A DNA stretch of 64,000 nt from Candidatus Obscuribacterales bacterium. GTDB taxonomy: Bacteria; Cyanobacteriota; Vampirovibrionia; Obscuribacterales; Obscuribacteraceae. Of this stretch, positions 50,201 through 60,003 are shown in pieces. The first letter of the stretch is position 1; the number at the start of each line of letters is the position of its first letter. A model generated the notes under the pieces. The model did no database searches and was not told the origin of the DNA. It saw only the letters and a program-made list of their open reading frames with translations. The translations under genes were made by a program, and so were the position numbers. Location of the stretch: positions 1,216,001 through 1,280,000 of the forward strand of contig CBDDIJ010000005.1 in assembly GCA_965228855.1 (NCBI GenBank). The letters are read 5' to 3'.

Positions 50201-51337
50201 AGTCCACCCCTCCACCTTGTCGCCGCTCGCCATGGCTCGACCAAGTGCGAGACCGCCTACAAGCCGTCTGGAGCTAGATCCCGATTCACGCGGACCGCCC
50301 AGCAAACTGCCTTTCACGGGAGCGCCATCGCCTGTGGTGCTTGGCGCCTTGCCGTCGGTCGTTGCGGTTTTCGCCCGCTCAGCGAGCATTGACTCGAGAT
50401 TAGTTTGTCCGGCTCTGCGCGACGAATACGCCTTTGCAATCTCAGAAAGCGGAACCTCAGATCCGGGTATGCGATGCATGCCACCCAGCGCGCCGCCGGC
50501 GAACGTCATGGTATACATGCCTTCGAATCGTTCCTGATTGGTAGCCCATCTGCCCTGAGTCAACCTGGCATTCACGTCGGCGTTGACGAGACCGGCCGGA
50601 ACGCCGGGCAATGCGCCATGCAAAACATCATTGGCGACCTTTACGGCGCCGGGTGCTTCTGCTATCGCGCCAGCCAACGGACGAGTGAGATGACGAAGAC
50701 CAACACTACCGGCAGTGAGCGTACCGAAGGTCGCTGCCCCGGTGATACCGTGTTTGGTGCGGGTCTCCCAGAATTTATTCATGTCTTGCTGCTCGACCGG
50801 TCTCAGCAGGAAGTCATATGCGAAGCCTGCCGCCGCGCCATCCGCTATCAAACCGGCGTTCGCGACCGACATGAGTCGGGAACTGGCAAGGACGCCTGCT
50901 TCGGTTTTCGCCGCGAAGGATAAACCGGACTTAGCTAGAAGACCTTTGGTAGCAACAAAAGGTGCAATCATACCCAGACCGCCACCGATCTGCTGCGCAT
51001 GCCAGCGAGCAGTACCGAACTTTTCATGTTCGGGAGCCGGCATTACATCAACGGCGTTGGCGATGTTGGTTTTAATATTGGCGGAATTGAGAGCCTTATC
51101 TGCAATCTGACCGAGTGACTTAACCGGAGCCTGCAGACCCTGGTAGAGTGCCGTATAGCCGGCTTCGCCTACGAGATCGACAGCATTTGCGCCGGCGCGC
51201 TGGTTGTCGTGGCGCTGCTGTGTCAGTGACAGCGTCGTCATCAAAGACTCGCGTGCTTCGTCACTGAGCTTGCCGGTCGGGGCTATGCCCTTGTCGTCGG
51301 CGGCTGGTTTTTCAGGTGTTTCAAACGGATTTGCCAT
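47288..51337 (-). CDS. Large hypothetical protein, 1349 aa (Gly/Ala-rich hydrophobic N-terminal region, RGG-like segment, 7-aa repeats)
   Basis: Long ORF with genome-like codon usage; DGGKDGGRDGGRGGRDGGR and ERPATEL-type repeats. Confidence 0.75.
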   Translation of the reverse strand: MANPFETPEKPAADDKGIAPTGKLSDEARESLMTTLSLTQQRHDNQRAGANAVDLVGEAGYTALYQGLQAPVKSLGQIADKALNSANIKTNIANAVDVMPAPEHEKFGTARWHAQQIGGGLGMIAPFVATKGLLAKSGLSFAAKTEAGVLASSRLMSVANAGLIADGAAAGFAYDFLLRPVEQQDMNKFWETRTKHGITGAATFGTLTAGSVGLRHLTRPLAGAIAEAPGAVKVANDVLHGALPGVPAGLVNADVNARLTQGRWATNQERFEGMYTMTFAGGALGGMHRIPGSEVPLSEIAKAYSSRRAGQTNLESMLAERAKTATTDGKAPSTTGDGAPVKGSLLGGPRESGSSSRRLVGGLALGRAMASGDKVEGWTPEIPPERVAPGEKPPAEVKAEAEVVVPPKETAGVAKETEGAAKPVETEAVAKPTETDSAGKPVDAPEKVAAPVETEISVPKGLELALEKGVNLAFEASDANCTPAQVKQFFEFARSPEGQALKESMSQVAKSYADDPRMMTLIREAYLPPEGVEHRVIEGDIKLKTPGATVDQYQRWAQFMQTVREMPQDVDGYINFRHDVFRWLNENKDLHDWARQYGEQNRYSKVAGPLDYYFGTSNLSRFVDVADGKIAANVGPKAAESSSVVNEGGAVQPRIRLDLTPEQAREGAVVDQFNNGLARLGNLDVNGIASGVKPFVETEGVAGRTPESERTRLQLETPEAARLASAENPAKVMEQRMEAFEKSPASRKKIEAMLLSEKFGDMTTEQFAKWLDYAYAKPEGATSNSATNLRSLWVGGRDALLSPQVAEAYRQYRFGETTPEGATPPPSLEAIRQFLSAPKTGETPEFSEWARFYVDARLEQAKGSAGPEAQPHQVLDAALPRWYVEGLKGQYVTDAKFAGDAPTYSSKLPVELAEAMEAARQTQPPKRPRSDGKPEREFKPPTNDAGFRLTKLEELMQVQDPIIRDNLLRLGAQDQTVLRNILQKLDPERAAPEYKELLQNVLPTTKNIGDVKILLDAIFFGNKNHRTDNGSQLTKAHQQLAMAVAENLVPQGNPHFERTQQIVNDMIAGKIRDPRPPRDFGDGGGRNFGGKDGGKDGGRDGGRGGRDGGRDSRGENRDVPKPEGDKTVAHQTGSRTAKVLAEPPRPPETVVAAQPKVVKPVETTSAKPPEVEQVAPADIIPQSQKGPSVVSETVVTPEQAQPAERLSAASERPATELERPGTETERSATELQRTATEKEASSQTIRDISSLKHGQKIKVDGKDAIFIAADAGTGEAIVRSGKPTQPKEQFYNAKLFDKLKLQEVGKDSGTNRTIYRDGDGKFYEVRVHGSGYMTALRTEYRAVKPSDVK

Positions 51338-51552
51338 GTATTTGCAGATAGAAACTTCTACTGGAGCGTACCCGAAGATTACGATTAAACGTGCCTGGCG
51401 GCAATGGTGGTTCTCCCATCAGTGAAACGGCGGCTATGATCATCAGCTTAGCCTTAGGGACTCTACATTTAATCTACCCATAAAGCCCGCTGGGTATGAT
51501 CGAAAGGTGCGCAAAGGCGTCCGCACTTTGTTATTTCAGTTCGGAATCGACA

Positions 51553-52230
51553 ATGGCCAAAATTCTCTTAGTCGAAGACGAGCCAGATATTTCAGACCTT
51601 ATTACAGCCTGGCTCAGAAACGACCATCACACAATTGAAGTTGCCGCCAACGGCGAAGACGCCATGACGCTTCTGAACATTTATACGTTCGAAGTAATCA
51701 TTCTCGACTGGATGCTTCCGGGCGTAAGCGGCGTGGAGGTTTGTCGCAGGTATCGAAATCGGGGCGGTACGACGCCAATCCTGATGCTAACGGCTAAAAC
51801 GCATGTCGATGAGAAGTCGGCCGGATTGGATGCCGGTGCAGATGACTATTTGACTAAACCGTTCGAGCTCAAAGAACTTTCGGCTCGTATTCGCGCACTG
51901 CTTCGCCGCCCATCGGCATTTGCCGGCACTGTGCTCAAGGTCGGTCCCATCGTCATGGACACGGCTACATATAAAGTGAGTCGGACCGACGAAAATATTC
52001 AGCTTCTTCCGAAGGAGTTTGCTCTCCTCGAATTTTTTATGCGTCACCCCAATCAGGTGTTCAGCGCAGAGGCTTTGCTGGACCGCGTCTGGACGTCGGA
52101 CTCCGAAGCATCGCCGGAAACTATCCGCACATATATAAAGAGATTGCGGAAGAAGATTGACGAGGAAGGAAAACCTTCCTTATTAGGTACTGTTCACGGC
52201 GTCGGTTACAAACTCGTCGAGCCGGAATGA
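51553..52230 (+). CDS. OmpR/PhoB-family response regulator
   Basis: KILLVEDE, ILDWMLP, GADDYLTKPF, TVHGVGY. ATG 51553. Confidence 0.93.
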   Translation: MAKILLVEDEPDISDLITAWLRNDHHTIEVAANGEDAMTLLNIYTFEVIILDWMLPGVSGVEVCRRYRNRGGTTPILMLTAKTHVDEKSAGLDAGADDYLTKPFELKELSARIRALLRRPSAFAGTVLKVGPIVMDTATYKVSRTDENIQLLPKEFALLEFFMRHPNQVFSAEALLDRVWTSDSEASPETIRTYIKRLRKKIDEEGKPSLLGTVHGVGYKLVEPE

Positions 52231-52474
52231 ATTCTCCGGGTCACGAACCACTCTCGGTCGTTTTTAGCTGAAATTTGTGAAACGGTGGCTCGAACTTCGT
52301 GCCGGTTCCGGTTTCTAACATCTCAAAACCCTACGAGCGCGGGCTGTTTGCGCTTCTGAACATTTCTTTTGAAACTCTTGCTCGCATTCCACGAATTTGT
52401 CACATCTCTTGTCTAAAGTAGAAACATCGAAACACAAGTTTTGTGATTCGGCGACGACGGGGAACTTAACGACA

Positions 52475-52723
52475 ATGCACAACGCAAAAGCCACCGCCCA
52501 GCTCGGAAGATATTACACACTCAAATCGCTCCAACCGTTAAACCTGGACGAACTGCAATATCTTCACCACGGTGGTCTGACACCTCCCAAAAAAGATTGT
52601 CAGGGTTTCTTTCATAAGTGCATCGAGTCGTTCAAAAGCAATTTCCCGAAGATGAAACAGTTTGCTGAAGAGCTTTTCTACGAACCCGTTCATCAAGCCG
52701 ACGTTTACGGCAACGCTGACTAA
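52475..52723 (+). CDS. Small hypothetical protein (~82 aa)
   Basis: ATG 52475 in the 52397 ORF, followed by a hairpin. Confidence 0.5.
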   Translation: MHNAKATAQLGRYYTLKSLQPLNLDELQYLHHGGLTPPKKDCQGFFHKCIESFKSNFPKMKQFAEELFYEPVHQADVYGNAD

Positions 52724-52754
52724 CAAAACCATCGAAAAATTTTTCTGACAAAGG

Positions 52755-52780
52755 GGCGGACTGAGGTTACTCAGTCCGTC
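52755..52780. terminator. Hairpin between convergent genes
   Basis: GGCGGACTGAG-gtta-CTCAGTCCGTC. Confidence 0.6.
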
Positions 52781-52846
52781 GGGGTTTTGGGGGTATTCTC
52801 CCGGGGCTGTTCTCGCGACAAAACAGTTTCAGAGTTCGCTGCGGAC

Positions 52847-53515
52847 TTACTGCGTTTGGGACACTACGTGCTCATTCAGCAGAATCTCTTCGACTACGGG
52901 TATGAAATCCCTATATTCATCAATTAACGATTGCATATCCCTCGATTGCAATAGCGTCAAAATTTCGCGCATGCGCATGCGTCCTGCGTCAGACAGACTC
53001 AGCATTCCCGCATCCGCGAGCGAGATAAGCTCCTGGCGATAAACTTCGACATCGTTGAGATTGGACCGAGAGTGAATTGATAAACGCGCGATACGCAACA
53101 TCGTTTTTAAATCCGCACGATGAATCTCCGAAGGTCCACCCAGCCCGAATTCTTCGACCGTGCGATCGTAAGTTCGATCTGCGTTGGCAGGATCATCAAC
53201 ATGCTCGATCGCTTCGTATATCGCTAACGCTTTTCGAAACAATCGTCCGCTGCTTAAGGAACCATCAGCATTTAGAGATGACGTACGTCCGACCGTAGGA
53301 AGAAAATCATTTCGCTCGAGATTCGCTCCCAACTTTTTCGCGACGTCAGTCTGAGCTTCGTAATCCTCTTCCAGACTCTTTACAGCCTTGAGTTTAGCCG
53401 CGACTTCACGGTCAAGTTCATCCTCCTGAGAAAACTGCAGACGCCCAACGACAATCGCGAGGAAAGCGCCGATGGATCCGAGAAAGAGTAAAAGCGTGTA
53501 CAGATCTGCGTTCAT
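52847..53515 (-). CDS. Hypothetical protein with N-terminal membrane anchor
   Basis: MNADLYTLLLFLGSIGAFLAIVVG followed by a helical soluble part. Confidence 0.65.
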   Translation of the reverse strand: MNADLYTLLLFLGSIGAFLAIVVGRLQFSQEDELDREVAAKLKAVKSLEEDYEAQTDVAKKLGANLERNDFLPTVGRTSSLNADGSLSSGRLFRKALAIYEAIEHVDDPANADRTYDRTVEEFGLGGPSEIHRADLKTMLRIARLSIHSRSNLNDVEVYRQELISLADAGMLSLSDAGRMRMREILTLLQSRDMQSLIDEYRDFIPVVEEILLNEHVVSQTQ

Positions 53516-53690
53516 TGACTCGTGGATAGTTCGATTTACTCTAACAATCATATATCGCTGCCACCAGATGAAATATCGTATTCAGAAAAAAATTTTTTCT
53601 TTTCCATATCCAGAACCTATAAGCCAATAACCATCGCAGTTTCAGTCTGGTACCACCCCTGGTTGTACTTCTCGACCGCTCATTATCAAC

Positions 53691-53719
53691 TTGACATAAT
53701 CGGAAATGCCTTGCATGCT
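53691..53719 (+). promoter_or_regulatory. Putative sigma70 promoter
   Basis: TTGACA (53691-53696), 17-nt spacer, CATGCT (53714-53719). Confidence 0.5.
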
Positions 53720-53745
53720 CTAAATATGGGTGCGCGGAGGCTACG

Positions 53746-53988
53746 ATCATCGAAGCGTTTGACTTACTAGAGTTTCAAAAGAAAGCTCGCGAGACCTGCG
53801 ACCCCAAGCGGCTTTTCGAGCTGTGGGAAGACGTCTGTAGACGCTACGACAGACGAGAGATCGGTGCGTACGAGCTGGAAGAGATGAAAGAAGTTATTCT
53901 TCCAAACTTGCAAGCTCTCGCTGGTCTTCGTCGATCGATCAATGATATCGATAAACCAATTGCTCGTCGGTTGAGGAAGCGCGCCTGA
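53746..53988 (+). CDS. Probable ~80-aa helical protein with non-canonical ATC start
   Basis: GGAGG 53736-53740, then ATC ATC GAA...; reads IIEAFDLLEFQKKARETCDPKRLFELWEDVCRRYDRREIGAYELEEMKEVILPNLQALAGLRRSINDIDKPIARRLRKRA*. Confidence 0.5.
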   Translation: MIEAFDLLEFQKKARETCDPKRLFELWEDVCRRYDRREIGAYELEEMKEVILPNLQALAGLRRSINDIDKPIARRLRKRA

Positions 53989-54068
53989 ATCCGCTGGTCT
54001 TGGAAACTATTGCCGAGCGTTACCGTCTCAGCTACAGTTGAACGCTGTAATCTACCTTGGGACTGTGA

Positions 54069-55358
54069 ATGCCGCCGAAGCTCCTTCGCGACCAAACGAA
54101 AGTGGAGAAGAAACTCTCTGTTTTTCCGCGCGTCTGCGATGCCTGCAAATCCACTCATCGGAAGCTGTTTAAATTGCTTGCAGCATGCGTTCAAACCGCT
54201 GCAATCGTTGCATTGGCGCAAACGGTTTTCTCTCATTCAAACTCGCAAACCGCTTTTGCGTCTGGTGACTCCGATTGGGTTGAGGATGGAGTGAGTGAAT
54301 TCGCAGTACCTCGAGGTCGTCCGGAAACATTGCCTCCAACCCGGAAACAAAATGAAGACCAGCAAGTATTTCAGTACCAGGCGCGTCCCGGTCAAACGAC
54401 CGAACCCACCGACGTGCCAGTCGGTGAGATTTCCGATGATGGCGTTCCCGTAGACACGATGGGCAAAACGAAAAAAGTGCGAGCACCGATTCAGGCTGGC
54501 ATCAGCACATGGCAGCAAGGATCAGGAAACGGCTTTGATCAGCGCGCGGCACGCTTGCTGCAGCAGTCGCCGGTTCTTGCGACCCCACGCATAATCAACG
54601 CCGATCCTAAAGTGTTCAAGAGTTGGCTGACCGCAACCAATCCGGGAGTGCTTGACGGTGCCACCAAAGAATCTATCATCGAGATCAAAGGCGAATGGGA
54701 CGACTGCGCGCACGCGCTCAGAACTTTCGGACTCCCGTACACGCGAGTCAATCCGAAGAAGCTTTCCGAAACGAATTTGAACAACACCAAAATCATCGTC
54801 GTGAATTGCGAAGGACATCTTCCGATGGAATCGATTTTGCAACTGCGACGATTCGTGGCGATGGGAGGTTATTTGCTCACCACGGATTGGGCACTGGAGA
54901 ACGTAGTCGACAAGGCATTTCCAGGTATCATCGAGTGGAATGAAGGTTATTACACCGACGGAAACAACAATAATGTCGTAGATGCTGTTATCGTGGCTGA
55001 TGATGCGGCACTCACCGCAGGAACCCCACCGGTGGGTCACTGGCTACTGGTGAAGAAAAGTCAGATTGTACGAATTCTGAAACCCGAGACCGTTAAGGTC
55101 CTTGCTCGCAGCCGACACATGCGCGAAGATCCTGACAATCTGGGCATTCTCGCTGTAACGTTTACCTATGGAAACGGGCGGGTCATGCACCTGGTCGGAC
55201 ACTTCGACAACAATTCAGAATTAGCTTTCAATTCCGCTATTCCAGACGCGGCTCCCGGTCTTGGTTTCAGTCTCAGACAGGCATTGGCCGCAAACTTCAT
55301 AGCGCAAGCACTCAAACAAGAAATTCCGGAAGCAGACTCTGCAAAAACCGAGAAATAG
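54069..55358 (+). CDS. Probable exported protein with class-I glutamine-amidotransferase-like fold domain
   Basis: Signal-like segment; IIVVNC..LRRFVAMGGYLLTTDWAL..GNGRVMHLVGH pattern. Confidence 0.6.
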   Translation: MPPKLLRDQTKVEKKLSVFPRVCDACKSTHRKLFKLLAACVQTAAIVALAQTVFSHSNSQTAFASGDSDWVEDGVSEFAVPRGRPETLPPTRKQNEDQQVFQYQARPGQTTEPTDVPVGEISDDGVPVDTMGKTKKVRAPIQAGISTWQQGSGNGFDQRAARLLQQSPVLATPRIINADPKVFKSWLTATNPGVLDGATKESIIEIKGEWDDCAHALRTFGLPYTRVNPKKLSETNLNNTKIIVVNCEGHLPMESILQLRRFVAMGGYLLTTDWALENVVDKAFPGIIEWNEGYYTDGNNNNVVDAVIVADDAALTAGTPPVGHWLLVKKSQIVRILKPETVKVLARSRHMREDPDNLGILAVTFTYGNGRVMHLVGHFDNNSELAFNSAIPDAAPGLGFSLRQALAANFIAQALKQEIPEADSAKTEK

Positions 55359-55465
55359 ACTCGGAAACGCAGCCTCAATATCCTGTATTCTTATGCATGC
55401 ATCGTATCTCGTCGATCACAGTTGGCGGCGAAGATAAGGTATGCGCTCGCTCTCAAACGGAATCC

Positions 55466-56728
55466 ATGGCTGAACAGAACGCAAATCCATATGCGGCGAT
55501 CAAAATCCCGGACTTCAGATTGTTGTTTCTGGGCAAGTGTTTCATCACGCTAGCGGTCCAGATTCAGGCAATAACAGTGGGCTGGCAAGTTTATGAGCTT
55601 ACGAAAAACCCACTGGCACTCGGCATGATCGGACTGACCGAGGCGGTGCCATCGATTGGGATTTCGCTGTATGCCGGTCACGTGGCAGATATCATGAATA
55701 GACGGCTGATCACGCGCACCGCAGTGTTTGTGGTCACTTGCACCATCGCATCCCTTGCCGCTTTCACTTTGTACGCTTCACCGGGAACGTCGCTTTTGAC
55801 GAGCATCTTCACAGCAATCGCCGTCTCCGGTTTCGCTCGCGGTTTCTTCAATCCAGCAATCTTCGGTTTGCTTTCCGACATCGTTCCTCGCGAACATTAC
55901 GCCAACGCCGCGGCTTGGAACAGCACCGCGTGGCAATCATGCGCGATGCTTGGACCAATCCTGGGCGGCTTTCTATACGTCGGACTCGGCGCAGGACCTA
56001 CTTATGTTGCTGCAACAGTTCTGGCATCACTATCTCTCGTCTGCTTTTTGTGCATCAAAACCGACAGCGTCATCGAACAAAAGAAACAAGCTTCGGTTTC
56101 AGAAAACATACGCGAGGGTTTGCGCTTCGTATTCTCGAACCAGGTTATTCTTGCCGCCATGGCAATGGATCTGTTCGCAGTGCTATTCGGCGGCGCTGTC
56201 GCCCTGCTGCCCATCTTCACCAACGAAATCTTCCACATGGGGCCTCAAGCTCTTGGCACTCTGCGCGCCGCAACTCCTGTCGGTGCTTTTTTCACGGCAA
56301 CATATTTGATGCACAATCCGATTACGACAAACGCCGGCAAAATTTTTCTGTTCGCTGTCGCCGGATTCGGAATTTGCATGATAGGTTTTGGTCTCTCAAC
56401 AAATTTCTACATCTCACTGGTGTTGCTTGTGATTAGTGGAGTGCTTGACGGCATAAGCGTTTACTTGCGCTCAACGATTTACCAACTGCTCACTCCCAAC
56501 GACATGAAAGGACGAGTCGCTGCCGTTAACAGCATCTTCATCGGCTCCTCGAATGAGATTGGCGAATTCGAATCCGGAGTCGCTTGTAAATTCCTCGGGC
56601 TGGTTCCATCGGTTGTCTTCGGTGGTTGCATGACACTACTTGTGGTGCTAATTGCGGGCTTCAAAGCGCCGAAGCTCCGCCGTCTAAATATTCAAGATTT
56701 ATACGCGGACGAAGCCACATCGCGCTAG
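55466..56728 (+). CDS. MFS transporter (DHA3/EntS-like)
   Basis: AGHVADIMNRR motif A, ~12 TM, MDLFAVLFGGAVALLP, GRVAAVNSIF. Confidence 0.9.
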   Translation: MAEQNANPYAAIKIPDFRLLFLGKCFITLAVQIQAITVGWQVYELTKNPLALGMIGLTEAVPSIGISLYAGHVADIMNRRLITRTAVFVVTCTIASLAAFTLYASPGTSLLTSIFTAIAVSGFARGFFNPAIFGLLSDIVPREHYANAAAWNSTAWQSCAMLGPILGGFLYVGLGAGPTYVAATVLASLSLVCFLCIKTDSVIEQKKQASVSENIREGLRFVFSNQVILAAMAMDLFAVLFGGAVALLPIFTNEIFHMGPQALGTLRAATPVGAFFTATYLMHNPITTNAGKIFLFAVAGFGICMIGFGLSTNFYISLVLLVISGVLDGISVYLRSTIYQLLTPNDMKGRVAAVNSIFIGSSNEIGEFESGVACKFLGLVPSVVFGGCMTLLVVLIAGFKAPKLRRLNIQDLYADEATSR

Positions 56729-56831
56729 TGGCACTGTTCTTCCTCTCGCCAGCTAATTGCCGACATCAATTGATATTTTGTGCGACAATCGACGGAAAGT
56801 TTGCTAGCGACGAACAGCGAGGACAGATCTA

Positions 56832-57395
56832 ATGACCAAATCATTGACGGGGAACACTCGCCTTTCAGAAGCACTTGACGCACACGAGGCTGTACTTGAA
56901 TACATAATCAGCTTGAATCCCCACGACTTTGACCGGCTGAGGACACCCCTACTACGAAAAGTAATGCCACCACGGATAACACTACGTCGCGTAGCTGCAA
57001 TTGCGGGCATTTCAGAACAACAACTGCTCAGGACGGTCAATGAAATAGCCGGACGTCCCTATATCGATAAGCCTGATACGGACGAGAACAAAACGCTACC
57101 TGTCTCCGCAAAGGAAGCGCCGCCCTGGATGACCGATGTAAAACAAGACGAAATTGTTTGGGTCGATTGTTTGCCGATCGACGAGGAATTCGGAGATCCG
57201 ATGCCTCCAATCAACATCGCCGTCAATCAAAGCAAACCGGGAGATGTAATCGGAATCAAGCACAAATGGGAGCCACAGCCATTGTTCGACATCTGGAATT
57301 TACGCGGCTTTGAATTCTGGACGGAACAGCAAGCCAATGGCACATGGCACATCTTTGTGCATAAACCCAAATCGCAAGAACCTCATATTTGCTGA
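56832..57395 (+). CDS. DUF1858 + DUF2249 (SirA/TusA-like) domain protein
   Basis: L..P.LRK.M..RITL..VA.IAG (DUF1858-like); DP...I..KPGD..H.WEPQPL..RGF (DUF2249-like). Confidence 0.7.
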   Translation: MTKSLTGNTRLSEALDAHEAVLEYIISLNPHDFDRLRTPLLRKVMPPRITLRRVAAIAGISEQQLLRTVNEIAGRPYIDKPDTDENKTLPVSAKEAPPWMTDVKQDEIVWVDCLPIDEEFGDPMPPINIAVNQSKPGDVIGIKHKWEPQPLFDIWNLRGFEFWTEQQANGTWHIFVHKPKSQEPHIC

Positions 57396-57435
57396 ATAGA
57401 ACTGACCGCACCAACCTGGCGCTATTCAGGCGCAA

Positions 57436-58374
57436 TCAAGTGAATTTTACGACCGCCAGGTCCCCACGCAACCGCGATGCTTCCTCGGCCGGTGAAGTGC
57501 CGAACAGACGCTTGAATTCGCGACTAAACTGAGAGGCGCTTTCGTAGCCAACCCTGCCAGCCGCAGTATTCGCATTCATTCCCTCGTGAACCATCAGAAT
57601 GCGCGCTTTATGCAAGCGCACTGACTTGATGTACTGCAGGGGCGCCGTGGACGTCACGACCTTAAAGTTATAGTAAAACGACGAAACACTCATGTCGGCT
57701 TCTCTTGCGAGTGTTTCAACGTCCAACTTGCGTTTGTACTCAGCGTGAATTCGCCTCAAAGTTTTAGCGATTTGAGCGAATTTACTCCGCCTTGTAACGA
57801 GTGCCTTCAGCGCATCACCTTGTTCGCCGCACAAGACTCTATATATGATTTCACGAACAATCTGTGGTCCTAAAATGCGAGCGTCAGAGCTGGATGAGAG
57901 AGACTTCAATAATCGCTCCGCTGCATTCAATAAACCGTCGTCGAGACGAACTGTGCTGAACCCTCGCGTTATTTCTCCGGCGCCCTTGTACTTGTCGTCC
58001 ATCTCCAGCAACAGCTCAGCGATCACAGTCGGCTCAATCCGGACGGCCATGCCATAAAGGGGCTGTTGATCCGCGCTAGTTGTTGTTTGACACTCGAACG
58101 GCAACGGGATCGACATAACAAGATAGTTATTAGAATCAAATACGAAACTCGACTCGCCGACGAAACCTCTTTTCTGTCCCTGAGCGATTATCACGATTGT
58201 CGGGTCGTATATCACAGGCACAGGCGGAGAAGAATGGCTCGCTTTCATAAAAAAGACGGACGGCAACAGCGAGTTTGAATAGCCTTCAGAACTGGCAAGC
58301 TTTTCAATCAAACCCGCCAGCCGCGTGTTTACTCTTTGTGGAAAAGTCGATGTCACCTGGGATTCCTCGTACAT
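57436..58374 (-). CDS. AraC-family transcriptional regulator (AraC_N, YqhC-like)
   Basis: IIAQGQK, REIIYRVL, LAREADMS..F, VGYESASQFSREFKRLFG. Confidence 0.92.
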   Translation of the reverse strand: MYEESQVTSTFPQRVNTRLAGLIEKLASSEGYSNSLLPSVFFMKASHSSPPVPVIYDPTIVIIAQGQKRGFVGESSFVFDSNNYLVMSIPLPFECQTTTSADQQPLYGMAVRIEPTVIAELLLEMDDKYKGAGEITRGFSTVRLDDGLLNAAERLLKSLSSSSDARILGPQIVREIIYRVLCGEQGDALKALVTRRSKFAQIAKTLRRIHAEYKRKLDVETLAREADMSVSSFYYNFKVVTSTAPLQYIKSVRLHKARILMVHEGMNANTAAGRVGYESASQFSREFKRLFGTSPAEEASRLRGDLAVVKFT

Positions 58375-58755
58375 GCCTGAGTTACCATTTCTTGCTTCTT
58401 TGGTGTTTCGAGTTTCATTGATCTGGGATGCAATTGCGAAATGCGGTTTTCAGGCGTTGTTGTGATCGTCGCGTGATCGAGACTGACAGCCCATATCTGT
58501 CATCCTAGAGGATCAGGCAAGATTTTGGCAAACGCACAGCGCAATTTGTTTTTTGTCGGAGTATCAGGCAACCTGGCAGCACCAAGTCTGGCGAGTGGTA
58601 CCACTCACCCGCGCCCCTTGCACCGCAAATGCAAATATATCGCAAATAGCTCAAAACTACTGACAAGCCCCCCCTGCCTTCCGCATCATTATTAGCGCCA
58701 CGTAACAAAACGTCTCGAAAACTGGATGCTCTAGATTAACTCATGCTGCCAAGAG

Positions 58756-58811
58756 TTGAATTCGAACGTCTATCTCTTACACTGAGAGACTAATTTGCGA
58801 ATGTTTCTCAA
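58756..58811 (+). promoter_or_regulatory. Putative promoter with Fur-box-like operator
   Basis: TTGAAT, 16-nt spacer, TACACT (58756-58783); then TTGCGAAT-g-TTTCTCAA (58795-58811), resembling the 7-1-7 TGAGAAT-n-ATTCTCA Fur-type site. Confidence 0.5.
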
Positions 58812-58859
58812 TAAGCAAATTTCTAAGACAGGACGAAGTTCGTCTTGAAGAAGGTAACT

Positions 58860-59993
58860 ATGGATAACGATCAAGACCAATTTGGTTTTGGAATTGAAAC
58901 AGAACATCTGCTGCTGGATAGCGCAACATTTAAACCGTTGTTTTATGAGGACCTCAACTTCGAGCGGCTTCTGGAGCTAGTTGACGCAATTCCAGTCGCT
59001 GATTTTTCTACCGACGGATTCAACGTAAAGCCACTTCACAAAATTGCAAATCCATATTTGATAGAAGGCTATTATTTAACCGATGCAAATATGAGACCGC
59101 AGGCGCTTTTGCCCAAAGGCATAGAAATCCGTACCCCGATTGCATCTACAATCGGTGCTACTATCTCCAACTTGAGAGAAATTACGGATCGACTGAGAAT
59201 CTACGCGGCGACTGCAGGATACTCTTTAGCCACGCTCTCACATCATCCGACCGAATTCAACTTTCACGCCGCTCCTAACTACCGCCGTCATGACTACTGG
59301 CAGTGGGCACTCACAGCCATGACCACGTACGGCCCGGACATGAACATAAGTGTGCCTGAATCAATGCGCGACGATATCGATCGCGAATCACTCGGTCAGA
59401 AAATAAACTACTACCTACCGTCTGTGGTGGCACTGTCTTTCAACTCGCCCCTTGTAAATGGCTCCCTCTGGCAAGTTGATGGCAAAAACGGCAAGTCCTT
59501 CCGCACCTTCAAGCGCTCTCTCTGGGCACCCTTGTATTACATTCATACAGAACCGTCGCTACGCTTCGAGTTTAAAGGATTCGAAATGGCAGGCGACATG
59601 AGAGACTATCAGGCTTACTTCCTATGCGGTTTAAGCATGCTGCTCGACAACTCCTTGACTGGACGTGAGTCGGATGAAGTACGGTTGAAACGTTTGCAGA
59701 ACCTCGCAATTCACGGGCTCCAATCCAGCGATGACAAAGAACGCGCTGGTGCTGTAATCGAGAGTGCGGAAAAAATTGCATACTGGTTCGACATTGACGC
59801 AAGCAGTTTGAGGATACTACGGACCCGATTAGAGAATGGAAGTTGTCCCTCTGACCGCATCATACAGACATTTTTAGAAACCAACAGCATTGAGGAAACT
59901 CTCAAAACCCTCTTAGTTCAACCGATTCATTCCGACCTGACTGCGTCGACAATGAACCTCAATCAACTGCCGGCACACTCCGCACGAGTTTGA
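58860..59993 (+). CDS. Glutamate--cysteine ligase family 2 (GCS2/carboxylate-amine ligase)-like protein
   Basis: FGFGIETEHLL, GIEIRTP, ALSFNSPL, KSFR, RFEFK motifs of the GS/GCL fold. ATG 58860. Confidence 0.75.
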   Translation: MDNDQDQFGFGIETEHLLLDSATFKPLFYEDLNFERLLELVDAIPVADFSTDGFNVKPLHKIANPYLIEGYYLTDANMRPQALLPKGIEIRTPIASTIGATISNLREITDRLRIYAATAGYSLATLSHHPTEFNFHAAPNYRRHDYWQWALTAMTTYGPDMNISVPESMRDDIDRESLGQKINYYLPSVVALSFNSPLVNGSLWQVDGKNGKSFRTFKRSLWAPLYYIHTEPSLRFEFKGFEMAGDMRDYQAYFLCGLSMLLDNSLTGRESDEVRLKRLQNLAIHGLQSSDDKERAGAVIESAEKIAYWFDIDASSLRILRTRLENGSCPSDRIIQTFLETNSIEETLKTLLVQPIHSDLTASTMNLNQLPAHSARV

Positions 59994-60003
59994 GGCGGAC
60001 AAA

